A stretch of 64,000 bases of DNA, from assembly GCA_051294375.1 (NCBI GenBank), contig CM119264.1, forward strand, positions 13,854,314 through 13,918,313, written 5' to 3'. The stretch is from Paraspadella gotoi. Taxonomy: Eukaryota; Animalia; Chaetognatha. Positions within the stretch are counted from its first letter, which is position 1. Every line of letters starts with the position of its first letter. Positions 36,055 through 49,382 of this stretch are shown in pieces. A program made the position numbers and the translations under genes. Under the pieces are notes generated by a model, which was given only the letters and a program-made list of their open reading frames with translations, did no database searches and was not told where the DNA came from.

Positions 36055-38074
36055 ATTTTTCTCCTTTTTTTTCAAATGTAAACTTTGGGCAGGAAAAAAA
36101 AAATTCCGGAAAGTTTTATCCAAAGAAATTTTTTTTCATTTTTGTTCTTTCCGGACGGCGATGACGAAAATATTCCGGTGGAATTTTTTTTTTTTTTTCT
36201 GGTTGGAAATAGCGTTGGATAAGAATAGAAGGGAAAGGGAAGAAGCGAAGACGATTGTGGGAAGAAGCGAAAAGGAAGCGGACGGAAGAAGCGGACGGAA
36301 GATGAGGGGGAGAAGCGGGAAAGGCGGAGAAAAGAGCGGAGAATTATGGGGAATTATGAAGGACGAAACGAGGAAGACGTAAATAGTAAAAAGGGTGAAG
36401 GAGAGAGAGGAAAATGGAGCATAGAAAGATGGAGACTGAACCAGAAATCGGTGTCGACTGGAGCATGTGAAGACTGGAGCAGACGAAAGGTGAAGAAAGG
36501 AGCAAAAGCCAGACAGACGAAATCCGGAATGGGAATATCGACGAATGTGAAGAAAGGAATTTTTTTTTTCCCCCCGTTTTCCTATTTCTATTTTTAGATC
36601 CTTTCCCTTTTTTTTTTCCTTCGTGAATTTGGATTTCGTTTTTCAATTTCGTTTTAATCCGCCAGGAACGACGGTGGCGCAGCTGGAAGATTTTGTAGAA
36701 GGAATTAGCTTTTGTTTTTTTTTTTGGGACACTAATAGTTAAATTGTTTTTACTAGTTTGTATTAGTTTCTTTTACTCCCGCTATCCAAATCACATTTTG
36801 TTAATTTCTCCGCATGTTTATAATTTTCAAGGTTTTCGAATTTTATTTTAAAAAAGTTTTTTTCATCGAAATCGTTTTTAAATATTTATTTGTTGTTTTT
36901 GCCGGTCTCCATTTTTTTTTTCATCTTTCGCCTCGCAAATTTTCGTTGGCGTTCATCAAATCTTCATCCTCTCTTTTTCTTTCTTTCATCAATCATTATA
37001 TATTCCTCTTTGTCTGTTGTTTCGTTTTAATCCCGAGAAAATCCACACGATCCAGGGAATCGCTTCTCGCGAGACCAAAAAACTCATACGTGACTCGAAT
37101 TCAAATGATTTTCTTTCCTTTTTACTTTTCAATTTCATTTATTTTTTATTTTTTTTGGTCGAAGTCAAGGTTCTGAAAGAAATAGATATACACAGTTTTG
37201 GTCCTTTAACATATGTGTTTTTAAGAAAAAAGGTCTTGTTAAAACTTTGTAAGAAAACAGTTTCAATTTGCGAATGCATTATTATGATCATTGTATTTGT
37301 ATCATTTCCATAAATTTGTGACAAAATATTTTACATAATTATAAGTATACTTAGGAAGATTATCTTTCAATTTTTTAAACTTTTAAACTGTCGAATAAAC
37401 AGCTATTTATTCGGGATTTGATAGGAAAGACATTATTCTATAAAAAAAAAGAGCGGTCCTTTCTTTGAATTATTTTTTTTTACCTTAGAATTAACTTGAA
37501 TCCACAGGGGGCGATTTGGTCTCGGCCTAAATGGCTCCTTTCTTTACGTAAACATAAAATGCGCAAATGTTTGATACTTTATCGTCGCGATTCTATCAGA
37601 GACGAATGTTCAACTTCCGTGGCCAACGTAAACAACCACGGGTCGGCGAAGATGAAAATATAAAGAAAGAAAAAAACGCGGTAGGCCTTAATCTTCGTAT
37701 AAACTGATAACAAGCCACAAACGTCAACCGAGAATATTCGATACGGGCGTCCGGGCGGGGAGGCAGCGGGAAGACCGACCAAAGAAGATACCCGCCGTCG
37801 AAAGAAAATGGAAAACCCATGCGATAAATTTCCGGATATTGATGTGCAAGGGAGAGTAGGAGAGAGGGCGAGGGGGGAGGGGGGTGGAAGGCTGAGGTTA
37901 GAAAGAAAAGAAAAGGGAGGAGGAGGAGGAGGATGAGGGGGAGAAAGATAGGGAAGGCGGGGAGGATAAAAGAAGATCGGAAAGATAGAAAAGTAAAAAA
38001 GAGGGAGAAGGCGACAGATAAAAGAACAGAGAGAAAGAGTGTTAATGAGAAGAGAGAGAGAGAGAGAGAGAGAG

Positions 38075-38119
<45 letters not shown>

Positions 38120-38412
38120 AGAGAGAGAAAAGAGAGAGATGGTGCCGAGCGTCTTAGCTCTTAAATTTTAGCCTCGAGTGGAGGGAGGCGCTGGGCGTCC
38201 GTTGCTAACAACCTCATTCTTCACAATTCTTCCTTTTTCCTCCTCGACTTCTCTTCATCTTTTCTTTTATCTTTCGTTTTCTTTCCTCCACTTCTCTTCA
38301 TTTCTTTTCTTTTTTCTCTTTCTATTTTTTTCTTTTCTTTTAAGCCATTCATATAGCTTTCATACTTTTTTTCCCTTTTCCGAAAACCGAAATGAGAGTG
38401 AAAAGGATTAGT

Positions 38413-38536
<124 letters not shown>

Positions 38537-39570
38537 GGAGGGACTAGAGGTTTAATTGCTTCTTCGCCTTTGTTCTTTTCTTGAAAAACACCTGATCCGC
38601 AAAAACCGGGAGACGATTAGGGAAAAAAGAGAACAAAGAAAAAAAGAAAATTAGTGGGGAAAAAATAAACAAAAGATGAAAGTAGAAAAGTAAAAAAGAA
38701 AGAAAGACTAAAGAAAAAAGAGAAAAAAAGAAAGAAAGAAAGAAAGAANNNNNNNNNNNNNNNNNNNNNNNNNNNNNNNNNNNNNNNNNNNNNNNNNNNN
38801 NNNNNNNNNNNNNNNNNNNNNNNNNNNNNNNNNNNNNNNNNNNNNNNNNNNNNNNNNNNNNNNNNNNNNNNNNNNNNNNNNNNNNNNNNNNNNNNNNNNN
38901 NNNNNNNNNNNNNNNNNNNNNNNNNNNNNNNNNNNNNNNNNNNNNNNNNNNNNNNNNNNNNGAAAGAAAGAAAGAAAGAAAGAAGGAAAGAAAGAAAGAA
39001 GTAAGCCCATAAGAATGCATATATAAAAACCAGCGATGAGCTTAAAGCGAGCAATCAAGAAGAGGTAATAAAACGATTTCCGGAATCAACGGATATCGAT
39101 AAGGCCAAAATAAAAATGGTCATCTGAGGATGCCGATCCTCTCTCTCTTCTCTCTCTCTGCTCTCCTCTCTCTCTCGCTGCCTCTCTCTCTCTCTCTGTC
39201 TCTCTCTCTCTCTCTTCTGCTCTCTCTTCTTCTCAGCTCGCTCATTAACTCCATTCGACGCTGCATTCGTCTTCTTACTCAGCGGTTTCTCTTTTTTATC
39301 TCCACGCGAAGAAAAAAAAAAAAACCAAGTTCTTATTCGATTCTAGTCTTTAATTGAGAAGGACTTTTTGTCGGACGAGACTAATGTCTACATGCGTCCT
39401 GCGGACACCGCCTAATCCTCTTTGTTTCAGGAGATATTCTTGCTGACAATGAAGACTTTAAAGTGAACCCCTCGAAGCATTATATAGGGAACGAAAGCTT
39501 GTTTTTTTTTTTTTTTCGTTTTTTTTTTGTTGTTTTTTTTTAATTTTGTAAGGTTTTAAAGAATCAATAT

Positions 39571-39791
39571 TAAGGGAAAACATTTTTTTGTTTTGTTTTC
39601 AGACAACGAATTTATTTTAGTGAAAAACGGACATGTTTCGGCTAACCTTCATCATTTGTGAAATGAAAGCTAATAAAATAGCCGAAAGACGTTCGTTTTT
39701 CACTAAAATAAATATTTTGTCTGAAAACGAAACTATTTTTTTCCTTTGATGCTCCTTACTTACTACGAAACGGAAGAATTAAAACAATGTC
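39571..39791. mobile_element. Inverted-repeat element with degenerate minimal hammerhead-like motifs; probable Penelope-like retroelement pseudo-LTR remnant
   Basis: 50-bp arms at 39595-39644 and 39679-39728. Minus strand 39654-39630 reads TGATGA-A-GG-TTAG-CC-GAAACATGTC. Flanked by the direct repeat taaagaatcaatat (39557-39570, 39792-39805). Confidence 0.5.
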
Positions 39792-40911
39792 TAAAGAATC
39801 AATATAAATATTTTTACATTTTGTTGAGCTTCAGGGAATATTTCAGAGACTACGACCTTACAATGAGGTCATATTAAGATATGTATTGATTGTACATGCG
39901 GTGTCCAAACTTTCCTTCCATATCCTTAATTCCATAAAACATTTTGCGACACCCACCCTCCCGCTTCCGTCAACGCCCCCCTCCCCCTTCCCTCAGCCCC
40001 GGAAATCTCCCGGCCCGAAATGGCGGGAAAATAAAAGGAAATAAAAGAAAATAGGATTTTGCCAAAAATGCAAACACCATCAATCGCGGTTTTTTAAAGG
40101 CGTCGCCCATTCATCGTTTCTGCCGAAATGAAACGACGAGTTTTTTTGACAGGAAAACGAGAAAAAATCCTTCATTCGAAATTTCCCACCTTTCGTCTCG
40201 CCACCAGTTGCGTACAATGTCTCGTCAATCTGAGATAAGGGCGTCTTTCCTTACCTCCGTTCATTGGGTCTTGATCAAACTTTTAGAATTAACTTAAGTT
40301 ATCACTTTGAAAATGAAAAATATAGGAAGAGTAAATTAGACGAAGGAATAATAACTTGTACTACTCCATGATATTTAATGCTAATTGCTTAAAATATTTT
40401 CCGAATTGAACTCGGGTTGACGCGCTATTTTAATGTGTCTTTTTGCTTAAGATTTACGGATGAATCGTTTATGAGCGTGATGAAGCGACATTAAGATCCA
40501 CCACCCTACTGCGAATTACTAATAAAACTTATATAATTTGTTAGAAATTTAGGTGTTTACAAACTGAGTTCATCTTGCCTGTCACTCGATCACGTCATTT
40601 TTTTGGTCACGTGACTCTTGTTCGCGATTCTCAGGCTTCGTTTGGCGGGAAAAAAGCGGAAATCCTTGGAGTTAATCCTTTTTCTTCAAACTCCTCGCCT
40701 CCTGTTCCTCTCTCCGTCCCTCCGACTGACCTTCCGCCTTTTTTTTTTTATCCCTTCTTTCCTTCATTCTTGATTCATTCCTTCGCTCTTTTTCGGATTC
40801 TCTTTGACATCATTCCTCTCTTTTTTTCTCCATCCTGCCATCTTTTTGCCATCTATTTGCCATCTTGTTGGACTCAAGTCGTCGACGTCGTTCGTCTTTC
40901 GAGTTCGACAC

Positions 40912-40990
40912 TTTTCTTCTTTTTTCTTCTTTTTTCTTCTTTTTTCTTCTTTTTTCTTCTTTTTTCTTCTTTTTTCTTCTTTTTTCTTCC
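40912..40990. repeat. 10-bp tandem repeat (TTTTTCTTCT)n
   Basis: Seen directly, about 8 copies. Confidence 0.9.
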
Positions 40991-41667
40991 CCTTTTTTAT
41001 TTTTCTTTTTCTTCTTCCTTTTTTCTCTAAATCCTTTTTCCCCCTTAACTTCTTCCTTTGTCCTTCTTTTTTCTTTTCTTCATTCTCTTTTCTCCTTTTT
41101 CTTTTTCTTTGTCCTTTTCTACGTCGCCTTTCCTTCTTTTCCTTAGTCTTTTTTCCTTGTTCCTCTTTTTATTTTTTTTCTTCACTTTTTTCCCTTTTCA
41201 TTCCTCTTTACTTTCTTTTCCGCTTAGTCTTTTCTTGTCTTGACATTAATTCCCGCGTAAAAAAAGGTCATTTTTGTCTTTTGCATTTTCAATCATATTT
41301 TATAATCACTAATAATGTCCAACCTTGGTTTTCCCCATCGTTTCATCGCAGGAAATAGACCAGTAGATGGATTTGATAAACCAAATGGTTTTCCTCTCTT
41401 GGCTTTTCCGTCTTTTCTTCTAATTAACTAATCAGAGAGGAGGCTTCCCTCAGGACACCCACGGCAGGGAAAGAGGAGAGGGAACTTGGTCACTCTTTAA
41501 CTTACCTTCAAGAACTCAGAATCAAATTCTATTTATTTTATTTGTTTACTGTCTGTTTATTCTGCATAATCTTAATAAACTATCGTTAAATCTCCTTAGG
41601 TGTTTAATGTTAATAAAACTCCTTTAATTTCTCCAAAATAAACCACGCCTACTTCCTTCGTTGTTGG

Positions 41668-41704
41668 GGCGGCGGTGGGATTCGAACCCACGCCTCCGAA
41701 GAGA
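41668..41704 (-). pseudogene. 3' fragment of a tRNA-Leu-like gene (variable arm, T arm, 3' acceptor strand)
   Basis: Minus strand TCTCTTCGGAGGCGTGGGTTCGAATCCCACCGCCGCC closely matches the 3' half of metazoan tRNA-Leu(NAG) as I recall it. No D arm or anticodon arm upstream. Confidence 0.7.
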
Positions 41705-43072
41705 ATACTTCTTTCGTTGGTTTCTTGGATTATTAAACTTTAAAGGCAGTTTTTTCTCATTAAAATTAATTGAGATGTCAGTGACAACCCAGGTAAATAT
41801 TTTACATGAACTCCATTTATTATATACTTTCTTAATTGAAAAAAAATAGCCATGTACAATTGTACATTGTACATTGTACTATATATTGTCTTATTTCAGC
41901 CTTTTTTTAACTTTTCGTTGATTGTGACTATTTTCCGGAAAAAAAAGTAGACACAATCTTACACATTTCTCAAATATACATAAAATGCACAAAAGAGAAA
42001 ACTAACACGAAGAAAATTTAATTTATTAATTAATTATTAATTATTAATTATTAATTAAGGCAAAAAATATTTTTTCCACCTCCATTCACCCCCAAGTACA
42101 TTTTCTCATTTATTTTTACAATCTTTTTTTCGTCAACACATGCTTACATTAACAAATACGATAACATACAATAACAAATCAGGATTTATTAAGTATTAAA
42201 TTCCTTACCAAACCCGATCAGCTTTTCCTTTTTAAATCCAAGTTTCTTTTTCTTTTAAAATGAAATCTCAAATTTTTTCATTTGGCTTTCGAGACAAAAG
42301 GAAAATTCGCTGAGTCAAACGAAAACTATTCCACTGCGTCTTCTTCTTCCATGTTGTTGTTATTGTTGTAGTTATTGAAAAAAAAAATTTAAAATTCTTA
42401 AATTTCCTTTCATAGTACAGTAGTATATCTCTGAAAGTGGTTGGCGCCGTAATTCTTAATGTATTTCCGATCCGTAAATAGCGGGAACCGTTCGAAGTAA
42501 GTGCCTTTTGTTCGCGACGATGAAAAATGTCTTGGGTAAGTTGACTTATGCGAAACCATAAATGGAATCGGTTAAAAAAAAAAAAGTTAAAAAAAGAGAA
42601 AAAAAAATTCGGTTCCGAGAAAATTTCTTAAGAGAGAGAAAAAAAAATTCCGCGTTCAATCGCGCGCGTGTGACGACGATAACGACGACGACGACGACGA
42701 TGAGGAAGAGGAGGAAGAGGAAGAAGAAAACGATGACGAGAACGAGAGACACAACGACGAAGAAAAACAAAAATGACCACGAAGAATAAATGGCATTTAA
42801 TGGAAATAGAATTAGAGAAAAGGATGAAAAGGAAAGTTGGAGAAATTGATTAATAGAACAGAATATAAACCAAAACTGAATTTAACGATGGCCGAGGATT
42901 ATAAATTATAACTAAATTATGATGATAAGATGATGATAACGATGATGATGATGGTGATATTGATGATGATGATGATGAGAATGATGATTGATGATGATTG
43001 AAGAAGATGTAGACGACGACAAAAACAACGACAAAAAAAAATGAAGAAACTCGGAAAGAAATGAAAGTCGAA

Positions 43073-43108
<36 letters not shown>

Positions 43109-44132
43109 CGCGACGATAACGGTGACGATGAAAACGACGATATTAACGAAAACGATGACTACAATGACGACGACAACGACGACGACAACGACGCAACGCG
43201 TGACCGTTTCGCGCGCGCGTCTGGGAAAGAGAACGTGGGCGAATTTGCAGAAACTGCCGGCGGCAAAATATGCGCGCGCGGAATCACATGGGAAATCCGG
43301 AGAGAGAGAGAGAGAGAGAAGAGAGAAGAGGAGAGAGAGAAGGAGAGAGAGAGATGAGGAGAGATGATGAGAGCAGAGAGAAGAGAGAGAGAGAGAGAGA
43401 GTAGTAAATCCGGTTGAAGGAAGATAAAACAGCAGAAAATAAAGTGAGAAAAATTATTGGAATTTCTGTCGCCAAATGAAATCTTTGACAAGACAAAATT
43501 AAAAGGAATTTATGATATGATCCAGTTGCTGCAGATAATTGGAAAGCAGGAAATATGATGCCAATGTTTTCAGAATATAATTTAATAAAGCCTAGATCTC
43601 AGAACGTATCGTATAAAATCTAATGATCCGAAATAGTAAGAGGTGGTTAAGAAATGGATGTAATAACAATTTTTAATTTAATACCACAAGAAAAACCTTT
43701 AAGTGAATTTTACAAGGGCAACCGTCTATAGAGAGACGATCCCACGCTACAAAAGTTTGCATTGGCCTCACAGGATGAAGAGGCAAAAGATTTAACTCGA
43801 ACTTTCTTGAACAAACAAAGTTGGCTTTCATCTTCAGCTGGTCAAAGCGAAGACGACAAAAACAAACGGAGATTTGTAAGGAAAAGGAAAAGGAAAAGGA
43901 AAAGGAAAAACCTCATCGAATGCAAGCGACGGTTTCATTTCACGACCGACTGACGTTTTGACGTGCGCGATGTCGACTCCGCGCGCGTTTTTCCCCGAAG
44001 AAACGAAATTATTTATGCAAATTCTCCCGACGCTATGAATGAAAATTATTCAAAGTTTACAAAGACATTGTGGCTCTGTCCTCATGAATAAACATGGAAT
44101 CAAGAAGACTCCTCGGCTGTCGCGTCCGAATC

Positions 44133-44184
<52 letters not shown>

Positions 44185-45284
44185 GAGAGAGAGAGTCTCG
44201 CGAGACGAGTCCGACGCTGAGATGGGGAGATGATCCAGGAGACGCCAAATGTGAATTATGAAATGAGAATTGTGAAATGCAAAAATGTGAACATATTTAA
44301 AGGAGCGAAATGCAAAGGAAGCCAGCAAACAACATGTCCAATTGAGCAGCACAAAAAAAAGGTCAATAGCGGTGAGGGAGTCACTGAAAGTTGTGAATTG
44401 TAGGAAGAGCGTGTGATAATTTCAGTGAGTGGATTCGTCGCCTCAGAATTTCGTTTTCACTGGATTTAATTCACACTCACCCGCGCGTGAATTCATAAAT
44501 TTTTGGTGTGAAAGGCTTTTTTAGTTCGTTCTTTCGCTATTTTTTTTTTTTGATTGTGAACGAGTTGAAAGGAGAATCGAAAATAATAAATTAAAACCAC
44601 AATTTATGCGGCGCTGATTAGTCTTCTAGTTCCGCCTTTTTTTGGTCTTTGTTCGAAATTAATGAAAACAGTTATTTCTTTTTTGTGTTTTTTTTTAATC
44701 GATTAGTTAAAAAAAAAAAGTCGAACTACGAATAAAGACGTCGAGAAAACCTCCGAAGATAGAACGACGATCAGAAAATAAGACAGAAGACATAAAAAGT
44801 GAATACCAAAAAAAAAAAAAAGGAAACAAAACAAAGAGAATCGCATACAAAAGACAATTGGAATAGAGATACTGCGTTTCCAAACAGAACAGAACTGTAG
44901 AGAGGATAGCAAAACAAGGGTGAAAGCTCGAAAAAAAGACAGTAACCCCAAAAAGAGAGAGAATATTGAGAGGGAGAGAGAGAGGAGAGAGAAAGTTCGT
45001 TTCATTCACCTTTAATTTCGCTAATCGCCTGCGGGGTCGTAAAAAAGGAGTCGCCCTCAATCCGAATAATTAAAAAAATATGTGAGAGAAGTGAGCGTGA
45101 CAATTAGGCCGTCGATAAAGTCACAAACTAACTCGATGTTACAATTAATTCACATCCAGTAGCTTTTTTTCCGGAACGGAGGGTTTTTTAAAAAAAGGTA
45201 ATAAACGATGTATGAATGAATGAAGTTGTGTTTTCCGACTTTCTCTGCCTTACTTCACAGATTAGTTTCCGTTTCTTATCGTTT

Positions 45285-45858
45285 TTTTTAGTCGGATCAG
45301 CAGATTCCGACTCTATAATCCACTTTGTCGGGTCCGTCGTCCGCTCCCTCAATCTTATCGGGCATTAATTTCTTTCATGTCTGAACATCGAATTATGATA
45401 AATTATATAAAAAAATTCATGTCTGTCCGTCTGTCTGTCTGTCTTTGTTCTGTCTGTCGTTGTCTGTCTTCATTCGGTCCTACCTAGCAAAAAACCCAAT
45501 TATTCGTGATTGGGCATCGGTTGCGATTAGAATGCAAATTTTTGTCGCTGGTAGATAGTGACACGTGGTGTTAGAGCTGGAAAACAGTTTCGATGAAGAA
45601 AAGACATAAATAAAGTCATATTTACTGACATATTCTCGTTACTTATATTTACTAATAATTATTATATTTATTTAAAATTGGATAGATAACTTGAAATGAA
45701 ATTTGTGTGTGGGTAGGAAAGTATGCAATTAAGCTGGAAATAATTTTTTGATGGAATCGTAGGAGTGGAAAAGAGTTTAAATTAGACAAACCAAAAGACA
45801 CATTTATTTGAATTTTTAAAAAAATTCTCTCTTTTCTCTCTGATTGATTGATTGAATG

Positions 45859-45922
<64 letters not shown>

Positions 45923-46193
45923 CAAGTTTACCAAATTATGCCAGTTTACTAAATTATTCATGTGACCAAATTCTGCAAGTTGACCAAATTATGCCAGATG
46001 ATAAAATTATGCCAGTTGACCAAATTACGTCATTTAAACATATTATGCCAGTTTACCAAATTTGTTATGTTACGATGATCTGGTAAGATCACAAATTAAA
46101 AGTCAGAAAAAATTACCATGATTTATCATCGCATTAGCTTATTACCGCTTAATTATCATAGGCAGATCCGACATTGTTTGCTCAAACTTGTTT
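45285..46193 (+). mobile_element. DINE-1/HINE-like (Helentron-associated) non-autonomous element(s) with internal (ATTG)n and an 18-bp array
   Basis: 5' short inverted repeat agtcgga/tccgact after a T-run, (GTCY)n microsatellite, array GCCAGTTGACCAAATTAT at 45921-46062, and 3' end ggcagatccgacattgtttgctcaaacttgttt shared with 57458-57490. Confidence 0.55.
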
Positions 46194-47205
46194 AATTTAC
46201 ATACAACGATTGTTTTAATGACGTAAAAATTGAGACATATTACGGTTCTAGTTGCGAAAAGATTGTTAAAAAAATTTCAACAAAAAAAAAAGAGAGAGAC
46301 ATACATACGAATAATTAAATAACATCGGAAGAATGTACTTAAAAACAATCGATGTTTGTAAACAATAACTAAGTTCGGCCTTTATTTTTGAGATAAAAAA
46401 AAATATTTACGACCAAGTAGGATGAGGCTCAATGTCAACACGGGTTCCCTGCGCCATGCTAAGGAATCTACAATGGATACATCCGAGGAGGCAGCGATAT
46501 CTAGTCATTCCTTCCTTACTTCCTTGCTCGATGCCATAGAATCAATGAACTAGTTATTCTTTTTTTTATTTTCTGTTATAACTTGAGGGTGAATATTTAG
46601 TTGGACGAGACGAACATATTCATGTAAGCTGAGACGGCACAAGATATATGAAAGACAGGGGTTAAGGTTATATAGGTTATATAGTGATGATTAGGATAGG
46701 GAAATTATATATTATTAGTTAGAGGGATGATTATGATAGGTTGATTATAGATTAGGTATTATATATTGGTCAGCCGGATGGAATTAGCTGACCGAGTGAC
46801 CGAAAGTGGTCGGAATCTGTAGAATCAACGAATCTCGACCCAACAGTCGACCTGCTGGAAATCAGTCGACCTTACCCGATCGACCTGGGTGGATTTTAAG
46901 TCGACACCTTAGATTCGCGCCATAACACGTACCCAGAGGAAACTATCGGAAATATTTTATAGCTCTTGGTACATCCTAGCAGTGTGGTGCAGGGAACCGG
47001 ACAACATTGATCGACAGAGCCAGTCCGGCGACCTTCTCCGAAGCTCGATTTACAGAGGGCGCTATCCCCGAGGCGATAGAGAAGTCTTTAAAAAGAAAGT
47101 CATTTCTGTTGTTTATGTTTAATAACACTTTTGGATACAATTATCAATAATCTCTTTTTATCTACATCAGAAATACATATATATGCAAATAAGCTTATAT
47201 TATAT

Positions 47206-48261
47206 CCTTTCTTTTCGTTGTAAATGATTTAGAGAAAAACAAAGTTTTATTAGTTTCAAGAACTTTGTTTTTATTGGCAAAACGACATTTTACGGCCTTG
47301 GTTTTTCAAGCCTTCTGTCAGTGTTTGTGATTAGACAAAATATTGTGCAAAAGAAGAGTAGAGCAAGAGAGAGAAAGTTTATAAGTATTCAACAAAAGTG
47401 GTGAGAACGAATAGTTAGTCACGGTGAGGGGACAGGGTAACTTGAACACACGATTAGTGAGTTTTTGAAAAAGAAGTGAAATTCTGGTTAGAGAGAAAGA
47501 GAGAGAGAGAAAGAGCATAGCTTAACAGGGATAAATAAATATATTAAAAAATATACATTGGTGCAATGTACAACATGATAAATGTTTAAAAAAACTGAAA
47601 AAGATTGGGTGAGAATTTTTAACAATTTGCAAAAGAGTGAATAAATAAGTTCAAGTATGTGTACTAATTACTAAAGAATTGTGGGGTTTGAAATGTAAGT
47701 TAAATAAGAAATTAGTTATATTTTTATGCTTATTATACTAATAATATACTTAACTTCTTTCATCACTTCACAATTTCACCCAAATTTCTTATAGCTAATC
47801 TAGTCACTATTGAATCATTTATTCACTCTTTTGCAATGTTAAAAATTCTCCCATATCTTTTTCAGTTTATTTTAAACATCTATCATCTGTGTGTACATGC
47901 ACAATGTATATTTTTATATTATTTATTTTATCCGTTGTTACAGTCGTCTACAATCTCTCTCTCTCTCTTTCTCTTAACCAAACTTTCATTTTTTTTTAAA
48001 AACTCATAATCTGTGTTCAATCGTTACCTGTCCTCACCCTCTCGCACCATATTCTGTCTCACCACTTTGTTGTGACAACTTTACCTTCTCTCTCTCTCTC
48101 ACTCTATCTTTTAGGCACAATATTTTTGTCTAGATTACAAACACTGAAAGAAGGCTTGAAAACCAAAGCGAACATCGTCTGTTTTGCCAAATAAAAACAA
48201 ATGTCGTTGAACTAATATTAAAACTTTTTGCTTGTTTCGCTAAATTACAGCAAAAAAAAAG
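47206..48261. repeat. ~1.05-kb palindrome (foldback), arms ~500 bp
   Basis: For example ggtttttcaagccttctgtcagtgtttgtg (47300-47329) versus acaaacactgaaagaaggcttgaaaacc (48138-48165); centre about 47720. Confidence 0.8.
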
Positions 48262-49382
48262 TTGATGTCCGTCCCGTCTATCTTCTGTCTGTCTGTCGTG
48301 TTCCCCCCCCTTATAAAAAAACTTCAATACTCGTAATTGGAGGGACTGGAATGTGTTACAATCGAAATTTGTTGTGTGTGGTTAGGAAGCTGTAATGATT
48401 GAGCTGGACTATTACGTTTTCGATGTATATCGTGCGAGTGGAAAATGAGTTCTAAATAGAAAAACACATAAGCACATTAACATACAATTATTTTAACCCA
48501 GTGAATTTTGAATTAATCATAAATTGGGATGGATAGATTGATGATTACAATTTGTTGTATGTGTGGTGTAGGAAGTCGTGCTGAATGAAGAATCTGGATA
48601 TAAAGTTTTTAAGATGGACGTGGAAATGAGTTTTAAATGGAAAAAACATGAGTCAAGTTGACTTTAATTTTTATTATTTATGGCTTAGCTCAATGGCAAT
48701 GTTTAGCATTAATTTGAATTAATAAAATTAAGTGAAAAAATTATGCATATTGAAAAAATATCAGTGAAATGGAATCGATCGCAAGTTGAACAGAATGATG
48801 CAAGTTGAACCAGAATGACTGCAACAGTTGAAAGGAATGTGCAAGTTGCAACCTGGCCAGTTAAAGAATATGCAAGTTGAAAAAGAATGCATGCAAGTTG
48901 AAACGAATGAATGCAAGTGTTGAAAGAGGATCAGATGCAACGTGTGCAAAGATATGAATCGCAAGTTGAATAGATATGCAAGTTGATAAATGACTGAATT
49001 AAGAATATGCAAGTTGAAAGAATGATGCACACGTGAAAGAATATGCAATGCAAGAATTGAGTAGCAAGTCAGTTGAAGAAAGATCAATTAATGCATATAG
49101 TTGAAAAAATTAGCAATTATAAGTGCAGAGTTGAAAAAAATATATGCTTGAAATTACCTTGCAGGTTTGAAAAAAATGAAGCAGACTTTAAAAAAAAGTC
49201 AAGCAGTTTAATAAAATCGGTTGCAAGGTGACAGAAATAAGCACATAGTTTGAAAAAAATTATTTTTGTACTTTATTTGTTCATTATTTATATTTATATT
49301 TATTCTATTTATTTATTTAATTTATTTAGTGCTTATTCGTTAAATATCGCCTTGCAGAGCCCGACATTGTTGCTCAAAACTT
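48240..49382 (+). mobile_element. Noisy copy of the HINE-like element at 56675-57490
   Basis: Colinear with it, including a degenerate TGCAAGTTGAA array at 48740-49260. Confidence 0.5.

Noticed and set aside
38140-38200. GGTGCCGAGCGTCTTAG, vaguely like a tRNA 5' half
   Set aside because: No cloverleaf, no B box, and opposite strand to the 41668 fragment.
42546-43496. Asp/Thr/Val-rich ORFs
   Set aside because: Translations of (GAC)n, (GAT)n and (GA)n microsatellites with no splice or domain support.
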